Source of the DNA: Rickettsia typhi
GTDB lineage: Bacteria; Pseudomonadota; Alphaproteobacteria; Rickettsiales; Deianiraeaceae
Assembly: GCA_945889175.1 (NCBI GenBank)
Contig: CAMDBF010000003.1
Location: forward strand, 223-64,222
DNA: 64,000 bases
Direction of reading: 5' to 3'
The notes beneath the pieces were generated by a model. The model was not told the DNA's origin. It was given only the letters and a program-made list of their open reading frames with translations, and searched no databases. The translations under genes were made by a program, and so were the position numbers. The number at the start of each line of letters is the position of its first letter. Within the stretch, counting starts at the first letter, position 1. Shown one piece after another: positions 18,463 to 25,941 of the stretch.

Positions 18463-19410
18463 ATGAGCAAGAATCTTAGCCTAGAATCAATAATGGAACT
18501 ATTCAATAAGCCATTTTTGGACATTGTTTTTGAAGCCGCGAGCTTACACAGAGCTAACTTTACTGCAAACGAAATTCAAATATCAACCCTCTGCTCTGTT
18601 AAAACGGGGGGCTGTCCTGAAAACTGCAAATACTGCCCACAATCGGCACATTATCAAACAGGAGTGCAAAAAGATCCATTTATGGATGTTGAAGAGATAA
18701 TTTCTCATGCAAGGCAAGCTAAGGAGCAAGGCTCGGATAGATTTTGCATGGGTGCTGCATGGCGAAGTCTGCACGACAGAGACTTACCAAAGGTTTGCGA
18801 AATTATTACAAAAATTAAATCACTAGGACTCGAAACATGTATGACTCTTGGCATGGTAACAAAAACTCAGGCGGAGGCAATGAAGGAAGCTGGACTTGAC
18901 TTTTATAATCACAACCTTGACTCATCAAGAGAGTTCTACGAAAAGGTAATATCAACCCGTAGCTACGACGAAAGACTTGAGACTTTGCAAAATGTCTCTG
19001 ACAGCGGTTTAAAAGTTTGCTGCGGCGGAATACTTGGGATGGGCGAGAGCGTTGAAGATAGGGCAAAAATGTTACTAACATTAACCAACCTTCCTAAGGA
19101 GCCAGAGTCTATACCAATTAACATGCTTGTTCAGGCAAAGGGTACTCCTCTTGAAAATCAACCAGACATGGATCCAATAGATTTTATAAGAATGATAGCA
19201 GTTACAAGAATTATATTTAATAAGTCTTGGATTAGGCTTTCAGCTGGTAGATTAAAAATATCACAGGAGGCTCAAGCTATGTGTTTTTTAGCTGGTGCAA
19301 ACTCTATCTTTTTTGGTGAAAAACTTTTAACAACCCAAAATAATGAAAAAACTGAGGATATAATAATGATAGAAAAACTTGGTCTAAAACCAATAAGTAA
19401 CAATTTGTAG
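18463..19410 (+). CDS. bioB: biotin synthase
   Basis: Radical-SAM 'CPENCKYCPQS', 'FCMGAAWR', 'YNHNLDSS' and 'CCGGILGMGE'. Confidence 0.9.
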   Translation: MSKNLSLESIMELFNKPFLDIVFEAASLHRANFTANEIQISTLCSVKTGGCPENCKYCPQSAHYQTGVQKDPFMDVEEIISHARQAKEQGSDRFCMGAAWRSLHDRDLPKVCEIITKIKSLGLETCMTLGMVTKTQAEAMKEAGLDFYNHNLDSSREFYEKVISTRSYDERLETLQNVSDSGLKVCCGGILGMGESVEDRAKMLLTLTNLPKEPESIPINMLVQAKGTPLENQPDMDPIDFIRMIAVTRIIFNKSWIRLSAGRLKISQEAQAMCFLAGANSIFFGEKLLTTQNNEKTEDIIMIEKLGLKPISNNL

Positions 19411-19420
19411 TTTAAAAAAT

Positions 19421-20836
19421 ATGTTTAATGTAATCTCTTCAAAATTTAGCAATGCAGTTGCAGGTTTAATTTATGGCAAGCATTCTTTTACCGATGAAAA
19501 ACTCGAAGAGCTAGCAAGAAACCTAAGAGTAACATTGCTTGAGGCTGATGTATCTCTACCTGTTGTTAAAAAGCTTATTGATGAATTAAGAGCTGATTTA
19601 ATAGGTAAAGAGGTGTCTAAAAAAGTTGACGCCGCTGATTATATAATGAAGTGCATTTACGAAAAAATCATTGATCTTGTAGGTAAAAACAAGGCGGAGA
19701 TTAATTTTAACGAATCTGCAAAACCAAATGTAATATTAATGATAGGTCTACAAGGTGCTGGTAAAACCACCAATACTGTAAAGCTTGCAAGACTTCTTAA
19801 GCAAAAATTTAATCGTAAAGTGCTAGTTGCATCAGTCGATATATATCGACCAGCCGCACAAAAACAGCTTGAAATTAACGCACAAAAAGCCGAGATACCA
19901 TGCCTTGAAACAATCGAAGGTCAAAAACCTCTCGATATAACAAAAAGAGCCATAGCAACTGCAAAAGATGGTGGATACGACTACTTAATTATTGACACAG
20001 CTGGTAGAACAAACCTTGACCAAAACCTAATGCAAGAACTTGAGGATATAAACAATCTTTCAAAACCAAGTGAAAATATATTAGTTATAGACTCGCTTAT
20101 TGGTAGAGAGTCACTGAACATCATTCAAAACTTTAACAATAGGATAAAAGTTACAGGACTTATAGCAACAAGGGTCGATGGCGACACGAGAGCTGGGGTG
20201 ATATTAAACGCAAAATCGGCAACTGGGGTTGATATTAAATTTTTGTCAAACGGTGAAAAATTAGATGACTTTGAAGAATTCATGCCAGATAGAATTGCAG
20301 GTTTAATTATTGGCATGGGGGACATTAAGTCCGTAGTTGAAAAAATTGACAAACACATAGACAAGGATGAGAAAACCAAGATGGAGAATAAAATTAAGTC
20401 TGGCGATCTCGACTTTAACGACATACTAACCCAACTTGAAATGGTTGGTAAAATGGGCGGTATTGAAAAACTCATTTCGTTTTTACCCTTTGCGGGAAAA
20501 TTTAAGGAGATGCTTGACAACAACAAAGACCTTGCAAATACAACTAAGCAAGTTGCAATAATTAAGTCAATGACAAAAAAGGAAAGAGCAAATCCAAATA
20601 TTGTTAAAAATTCATCTTCACGCAAAAAACGAATTACCGATGGCAGCGGAACAAAGCTTGTTGACATCAACAGACTACTTAAAAAACTCGAAGAGACAAA
20701 ACTTATGACAAAAAAGCTTCTTAAAGGTGGGGGCGGAATGGACAATGATAGCATAATGAAGGCAATGCAAAGCGAAATGGAGGCAGCCGGCGGAATGGAC
20801 AAAATGGATTTTTCAAAATTTAAAAATTTAATGTAA
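19421..20836 (+). CDS. ffh: signal recognition particle protein Ffh
   Basis: N domain, G domain 'GLQGAGKTT', 'DTAGR', 'TRVDGDTRAG' and a Met-rich M domain at the C-terminus. Confidence 0.92.
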   Translation: MFNVISSKFSNAVAGLIYGKHSFTDEKLEELARNLRVTLLEADVSLPVVKKLIDELRADLIGKEVSKKVDAADYIMKCIYEKIIDLVGKNKAEINFNESAKPNVILMIGLQGAGKTTNTVKLARLLKQKFNRKVLVASVDIYRPAAQKQLEINAQKAEIPCLETIEGQKPLDITKRAIATAKDGGYDYLIIDTAGRTNLDQNLMQELEDINNLSKPSENILVIDSLIGRESLNIIQNFNNRIKVTGLIATRVDGDTRAGVILNAKSATGVDIKFLSNGEKLDDFEEFMPDRIAGLIIGMGDIKSVVEKIDKHIDKDEKTKMENKIKSGDLDFNDILTQLEMVGKMGGIEKLISFLPFAGKFKEMLDNNKDLANTTKQVAIIKSMTKKERANPNIVKNSSSRKKRITDGSGTKLVDINRLLKKLEETKLMTKKLLKGGGGMDNDSIMKAMQSEMEAAGGMDKMDFSKFKNLM

Positions 20837-21004
20837 ACTCAGGATACTGTACGATTCACTGTTGCCATCTTCAATTAAAGGATTAATCTATAATGTTTGC
20901 AAAAATATTCTTTAACATCAAACATATACCCAAATATAAACCTAACCCCTTAACAATAAAAAGCTATAAACCAAGCTCTCTGCAAAACTAGCCTAAGAGT
21001 ATTT

Positions 21005-21208
21005 CCCATTCGCTATAGTCAACCAAATATCTCTCGCTCTCTTTATAAAATATCCTTACAATCCCACCTATCTGTAATAGCAAGGCAGGCAAGACTTGCC
21101 TATTGGAGTTTTTCTTGAGGGTGGGATGGTTAAAGTTTAGACTTTTTAATTATAGAATATATTTTTGCAAAATTACAGGTTAAGAGATATTTGGTTAACT
21201 ATGGGGAT
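21005..21208. repeat. about 200-bp palindromic (MITE-like) intergenic element with nested inverted repeats
   Basis: Outer IR: 21015-21034 ATAGTCAACCAAATATCTCT versus the reverse complement of 21183-21202 ATAGTTAACCAAATATCTCT (19/20). Inner IR: ATCCCACC / GGTGGGAT. Central palindrome: AGGCAAGACTTGCCT. The ends carry TTCCCAT/ATGGGGA, as in the 30.3-kb element. Confidence 0.5.
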
Positions 21209-21252
21209 GTTTTTAGAGCTTTTTTATTATTAACTTAAAAGTTGATTTGGTA

Positions 21253-21696
21253 TTAATTTTTTATAAAAATATGATTACCATTAATCGTAACCCAATGACC
21301 AGATTCTCCGTTTGAATTGTGTTCAAATTCTTTAGGCGAGTCTGCTTTTAATCTAAGTCCGCCATTTCGTAATGTATCTGCAACATTTTTACCATTGCTA
21401 TCATTTTTTGCATTTGGCTGACTACCAATTTTACGACCAACGGCATTATTATATTGGTCTTTTGCTTTTTCATGCGGATGGTTATTTAGTCTTATTTCAT
21501 TTATGTTTCCAAGCTGTCTAGCGCCCCAATTGCCAGCTATCTGAAATGTGTTATTATTTATATCCGTTGTTAATTTTGCTGATACATATGCATGAGTATA
21601 AGCATTAAATTCTTCGTATGTTGGTTGCCTGCCAAAATTTTGAACAAATTGATCTTTGGCCTCTTTTTCGTAAGGTTTTGGATTAAAGGGGTACAT
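21253..21696 (-). CDS. hypothetical protein with mobile-element-like motifs
   Basis: The ORF-track start at 21720 is TTG; the first ATG is at 21696 (MYPFNPKPY...). Contains 'NAYTHAYVSAKL ... DQYNNAVGRKIG' and the C-terminal 'GHWVTINGNHIFI'. It is the last gene of the minus-strand string downstream of dnaK. Confidence 0.5.
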   Translation of the reverse strand: MYPFNPKPYEKEAKDQFVQNFGRQPTYEEFNAYTHAYVSAKLTTDINNNTFQIAGNWGARQLGNINEIRLNNHPHEKAKDQYNNAVGRKIGSQPNAKNDSNGKNVADTLRNGGLRLKADSPKEFEHNSNGESGHWVTINGNHIFIKN

Positions 21697-21778
21697 AAAA
21701 TAAAAATACAATAATAACAATAAATAATTAATTTGCCATTATATTAAGTTATTATCTTTTATCACGGAAGCAGAAATT

Positions 21779-22012
21779 CTATTTTTTATCGTAACATTTA
21801 ATATTGCATTCTGCTTCTATCATTTTATTGCTATTAATGCAGCTATGCTCGCACTTTGTTTGCTCATTTTCCTTAAGTCCATCTAAATATATTTGTGTAA
21901 ATACACAAAATACAAACAATAGCATTGGTATTGCAAAAATATAAGTCAAAATAAGAGATGTTTTGCACCAAATGTGCAATAGTTTTTTAAAAATTTTTAT
22001 AACCTTTTTCAT
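21779..22012 (-). CDS. small membrane-anchored twin-CX3C protein, copy 1
   Basis: MKKVIKIFKKLLHIWCKTSLILTYIFAIPMLLF is identical to copy 2 (basic N-terminus plus TM). The C-terminus has C-EHS-C-x10-C-NIK-C. Confidence 0.6.
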   Translation of the reverse strand: MKKVIKIFKKLLHIWCKTSLILTYIFAIPMLLFVFCVFTQIYLDGLKENEQTKCEHSCINSNKMIEAECNIKCYDKK

Positions 22013-22173
22013 TTTTATGTCAATAAATGTGTTGTGCGTATGGTGTTTATATATGGCGCAATAATACTATTCAACAACATATCACTTTAAATCTATTAAG
22101 AGTTTATTAATAGTCAAGGTTATGGAATGGGCCTGTTATGAAAATCATTGTCTTTTATCGCGGAAGCAGAATT

Positions 22174-22401
22174 TTACATCATTGTATCATAACATGACTT
22201 AAAACATACAGATTCTTTTTCTTCGTCACGATTAAAACATTGTTTTCTACACTCTTGGTTTACATGTTCGCTATAGCCTATCTCGATTAACATCAATAGC
22301 ATAAACAATAGCATTGGTATTGCAAAAATATAAGTCAAAATAAGAGATGTTTTGCACCAAATGTGTAATAGTTTTTTAAAAATTTTTATAACCTTTTTCA
22401 T
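22174..22401 (-). CDS. small membrane-anchored twin-CX3C protein, copy 2
   Basis: Same 33-aa N-terminus as copy 1. The C-terminus has C-RKQ-C-x10-C-FKS-C. Confidence 0.6.
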   Translation of the reverse strand: MKKVIKIFKKLLHIWCKTSLILTYIFAIPMLLFMLLMLIEIGYSEHVNQECRKQCFNRDEEKESVCFKSCYDTMM

Positions 22402-22524
22402 TTTTATGTCAATAAATGTGTTGTGCGTACGATATTTATATATGGTGCAATAATACTATTCAACAACATGTCACTTTAAATCTATTAATAGCTTATTTGA
22501 TGTCAATTTTTAAGGAACGAAATA

Positions 22525-23289
22525 TTAAACTTTTAAATACAAAAATAAAACATAAACACCAAGAGATATAAAAAATGGCGGAACCAATGGAACAACAAAC
22601 ATTGTAAAAACATCCGAAAGATTGTTTATATAAAAAAAGCTTTTAAACCATTTTTTAAAACACTTTGAAAGTTCTTTTGTCCAAATCCAAAGATTTTTTA
22701 TCCAAATTGGCATCAAAGGTTTTTCAATAAGCCAAGTAGGACAGTCGTGAAAAATAAAATGTAAGGCCTTGAAGATATAGCTTACAGGATTATTTTTCAA
22801 TGAGTAATGAATGTCGTAAAAATCTGGAAAGGTTATTTTTAAAAAATTATCTTTTTGCTTTCTTAAAATTTTTTGCTCCTGTTTAGTTTTTTGTTTTATA
22901 TTAAGCCAATCTTGAATATTGTAAAAATTAAAACTCTCATTGACAGCAAGATAGGATGTTTCAATTAGTAAAGATTCATAAATTGTATTTATTAAAACTA
23001 AAGCTATAGATTTATTTAACATTCCAGCTTTGTAATATCTAACAAGCTTATTACTAGCAGGACTCGCTAGTCTTGTTGCAATAATTTTACACTCCTTCGC
23101 GGTTTTACATGCTGCAAACTTAAACATAGCTTGATTTATCTCGTCCTCTATCTCTACGGCTCTGTCGGTATTTTGGTGATATATTTTAAGTCTATCTGAA
23201 AGGCTTAAAAATCCAAAGCCAAAAAAGGATAAAATTGATGTTATCACTCCTAAATTATCAAGGGTAAAAACATTCATTTTTTCAAACAT
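22525..23289 (-). CDS. hypothetical membrane protein (one N-terminal and one C-terminal TM helix)
   Basis: 254-aa ORF. Its start overlaps the stop of the upstream 68-aa ORF (TAATG), suggesting translational coupling. No family was recognised. Confidence 0.5.
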   Translation of the reverse strand: MFEKMNVFTLDNLGVITSILSFFGFGFLSLSDRLKIYHQNTDRAVEIEDEINQAMFKFAACKTAKECKIIATRLASPASNKLVRYYKAGMLNKSIALVLINTIYESLLIETSYLAVNESFNFYNIQDWLNIKQKTKQEQKILRKQKDNFLKITFPDFYDIHYSLKNNPVSYIFKALHFIFHDCPTWLIEKPLMPIWIKNLWIWTKELSKCFKKWFKSFFYINNLSDVFTMFVVPLVPPFFISLGVYVLFLYLKV

Positions 23290-23495
23290 TAATGAGACTT
23301 ATGTTCTTGAGACTTTGAATTACCTATCGAAGGATCGGAATCTTGAATTATTTTCATTACCCTTGCCATTGTTCTTACGATGTCTGGAAAAGGGGGGGTA
23401 AAATCATTTATTGTAGAATCTCTTTGATTATTACCTTGCTTTAAAGATGCTTGCTTAACACCATTCTTCAAATCTTGATAGATATTTTCTGACAT
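23289..23495 (-). CDS. hypothetical small hydrophilic protein
   Basis: 68-aa ORF, coupled to the downstream 254-aa ORF. No family was recognised. Confidence 0.35.
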   Translation of the reverse strand: MSENIYQDLKNGVKQASLKQGNNQRDSTINDFTPPFPDIVRTMARVMKIIQDSDPSIGNSKSQEHKSH

Positions 23496-23518
23496 AATAT
23501 ATCATTAACAATAAATTT

Positions 23519-23803
23519 CTAACTATCTTGCTTTGTCTCAATTTTATCATTTACGATAGTATTGTCAAACGTTTTATCTTGATCTGAAGAATTTGATGTT
23601 AATTTAAGTGATGTTAATTTAAGAACATTAGAATAAGCTCGATCACTTCCTTGTTGACTATTAAAACTAGACAATGTTATCCCAATGCCTTTACACTCCA
23701 CTTTTGCTGTTACAACGGGATTTATTATTCTAGTATCATTTGCCTCCTGCACTGCAGAAGGCTCTTTTTGCTGCTCTTTTTGTTCCATTTTTGCAACAAA
23801 CAA
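23519..23803 (-). CDS. hypothetical small protein immediately following dnaK
   Basis: 94-aa ORF whose first ATG abuts the dnaK stop codon. An alternative start is MEQKEQ. No hairpin lies between dnaK and this ORF. No family was recognised. Confidence 0.3.
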   Translation of the reverse strand: MFVAKMEQKEQQKEPSAVQEANDTRIINPVVTAKVECKGIGITLSSFNSQQGSDRAYSNVLKLTSLKLTSNSSDQDKTFDNTIVNDKIETKQDS

Positions 23804-25744
23804 CTACTTCACATCCTTAAAGTCGGCGTCTTTAACATCGGCATCTGGGTTTGTGTTGGATGATGAATCTGTAGCCGAAGAGCCATCGGTGTTACTAGCC
23901 GTAGAGGATGCAGCATCTTGCTCTGCCTGTGCTTTATACATAGCCTCGCCTAGCTTCATTGAAGCAGTTTGTAGCTCGTCTACAAGTTTTTTAAGCTCTT
24001 CAGCAGAGGTTTCCTCTTTTGCAAGAGCCTCTCTTACTTCGTTCAGCTTTGCTTCAATAGCGGTCTTATCTTCGGCAGGTATCTTATCGCCGTGCTCTTT
24101 AAGTGCCTTTTCAGTAGAGTAGACAGAGTTGTCAGCATCGTTTTTTACCTTTGCTTTTTCTGCTCTTTCTGCATCTTTTTCGGCGTTAGCTTCAGCCTCT
24201 TTAACCATTTTTTCAATATCAGCATCGCTTAAGCCACCAGAGGACTTAATTTGAATGTGCTGCTCCTTGTTTGTAGCTTTGTCCTTAGCCGAAACCTTTA
24301 CTATACCATTTGCATCAATGTCAAAGGTTACTTCAATTTGAGGCATTCCTCTTGGTGAAGGCGGTATGCCATCTAAGTTAAATTCACCAAGCATTTTATT
24401 GTCCGATGCCATTTTTCTCTCACCCTGAAACACTCTAATTGTAACTGCATTTTGGTTGTCGCTTGCAGTAGAAAAAGTTTGAGACTTTTTAGTTGGAATC
24501 GTAGTGTTTCTTTCAATAAGCGGGGTCAAAATTCCACCAGCAGTTTCAATACCAAGAGTCAAAGGGGTTACATCAAGTAGCAATACATCCTTAACATCGC
24601 CTGTGATAATACCGCCCTGCACCGCAGCTCCAATTGCAACAACCTCATCTGGATTTACACCTTTGTGTGGCTCTTTACCAAAGAAGTCTTTAACAATTTG
24701 CTGAACTTTTGGCATACGGGTCATACCCCCAACTAAAACAACCTCATCAATGTCTTTTTTGTCAATGCCTGAGTCGGCAAGAGCTTTTTTGCAAGGCTCA
24801 ATTGTTTTTGTAATTAACTCATCAACTAGTTGTTCGAGTTTTGACCTACTAAGCTTTACCTGTAAGTGCTTTGGGCCAGTTGCGTCTGCCGTTATGTAAG
24901 GCAGGTTAATTTCGGTCTCGGTAGTTGAAGATAGCTCAATCTTTGCCTTCTCAGCTGCCTCCTTAATACGCTGAACCGCAAGTTGGTCTTTAGAGATATC
25001 CATGCTAGGATTTTGTTTTTTAAACTCTTCAACTATATAGTTTTGAACCTTCATGTCAAAGTCAGCCCCCCCTAAAAATGTATCACCATTTGTAGCCTTT
25101 ACTTCAAAAACGCCATCGCCAATTTCAAGGATTGAAACATCAAAAGTTCCGCCCCCTAAATCGTAGACTGCAATTTTTTTGTCCCCTTTTTTGTCAAGCC
25201 CGTAAGCAAGAGCGGCAGCTGTTGGTTCGTTGACAATACGCAAAACATCAAGTCCAGCAATTTTACCGGCATCCTTTGTCGCCTGTCTTTGCGAATCGTT
25301 AAAATAGGCAGGAACCGTAACAACAGCTTTTGTGACAGCTTTACCCAAAAAGTCTTCAGCCGTTTTTTTTAGGTACCTTAAAACCTCAGCCGAAATTTGT
25401 GCTGGGGCAAACTGTTTGCCATCCTTATCTACAACCCAAGCATCGCCAGATGATGCTTTAATAATTTTGTACGAAACATGGGAGATATCTTTTTGAACCT
25501 CAGCGTCCTCAAACTTTCTCCCAATCAGTCTTTTAACCTCAAAAAAAGTGTTTGACGGGTTTGTAACCGCCTGTCTTTTAGCCGAACCACCAATTAAGGT
25601 TTGCCCGTCCTGAGTAAAAGCAACTATTGAAGGGGTCGTTCTGCCACCTTCGGAGTTTGGAATGACTATTTGTTTGCCATTTTCGTATATTGAAACACAA
25701 GAATTTGTAGTACCAAGATCTATACCTATAACCACTTCGGCCAT
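23804..25744 (-). CDS. dnaK: molecular chaperone DnaK (Hsp70)
   Basis: '[12 protein letters not shown]', '[12 protein letters not shown]' and '[13 protein letters not shown]', full length. Start set at ATG 25744 ([11 protein letters not shown]) rather than the ORF-track 25768. Confidence 0.95.
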   Translation of the reverse strand: MAEVVIGIDLGTTNSCVSIYENGKQIVIPNSEGGRTTPSIVAFTQDGQTLIGGSAKRQAVTNPSNTFFEVKRLIGRKFEDAEVQKDISHVSYKIIKASSGDAWVVDKDGKQFAPAQISAEVLRYLKKTAEDFLGKAVTKAVVTVPAYFNDSQRQATKDAGKIAGLDVLRIVNEPTAAALAYGLDKKGDKKIAVYDLGGGTFDVSILEIGDGVFEVKATNGDTFLGGADFDMKVQNYIVEEFKKQNPSMDISKDQLAVQRIKEAAEKAKIELSSTTETEINLPYITADATGPKHLQVKLSRSKLEQLVDELITKTIEPCKKALADSGIDKKDIDEVVLVGGMTRMPKVQQIVKDFFGKEPHKGVNPDEVVAIGAAVQGGIITGDVKDVLLLDVTPLTLGIETAGGILTPLIERNTTIPTKKSQTFSTASDNQNAVTIRVFQGERKMASDNKMLGEFNLDGIPPSPRGMPQIEVTFDIDANGIVKVSAKDKATNKEQHIQIKSSGGLSDADIEKMVKEAEANAEKDAERAEKAKVKNDADNSVYSTEKALKEHGDKIPAEDKTAIEAKLNEVREALAKEETSAEELKKLVDELQTASMKLGEAMYKAQAEQDAASSTASNTDGSSATDSSSNTNPDADVKDADFKDVK

Positions 25745-25872
25745 AAAAATTAATTTATAAATAAACAAAATATAATAAAGTTATAGATGGGATGTTATCA
25801 CCATCAACATAGAATTCATTTAGTTTTAACTAAGCAAAAATTCAAGCCCCCAGTAAAAAAAGATAAAACAGC

Positions 25873-25901
25873 TTGCAAGGCTTTGTGTTTTTTGATATAA
25901 T
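25873..25901 (+). promoter_or_regulatory. sigma70-type promoter for the 25942 gene
   Basis: TTGCAA (25873-25878), a 17-nt spacer, then TATAAT (25896-25901), about 40 nt upstream of the ATG. Confidence 0.5.
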
Positions 25902-25941
25902 GATTTTTGAAGTTTTTTATGTAAATTTTTAATATTACCTT

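Larger units (their letters stand above)
21755..22493. repeat. tandem duplication (two units ~21755-22103 and ~22151-22493), each carrying one small CDS
   Basis: The units share near-identical 5' flank, promoter region and first 33 codons. They also share a 21-nt 3' box, TCTTTTATC(A/G)CGGAAGCAGAA (21755-21775 and 22151-22171). The central ~120 nt are not alignable. Confidence 0.85.

Noticed and set aside
20125-20802. 225-aa ORF antisense to ffh. Similar long antisense ORFs occur at 53287-54030 (in the pilin/tail-fibre gene), 23685-24122 (in dnaK), 62797-63207 (in leuC), 18089-18364, 44887-45327 and 33909-34283.
   Set aside because: Each lies entirely within, and opposite to, a gene with strong family-level motifs. 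Their products are low-complexity Ser/Leu/Pro-rich strings typical of shadow frames of Lys/Glu/Ala/Thr-rich genes.
21755-21775. 'CGGAAGCAGAA' in the 3' box of the duplicated cassette resembles the GGAAGCAGC core of SRP (4.5S) RNA, and ffh is nearby
   Set aside because: Only about 9 nt match. There is no complementary strand to form the domain IV hairpin, and the box occurs twice as part of the tandem duplication.
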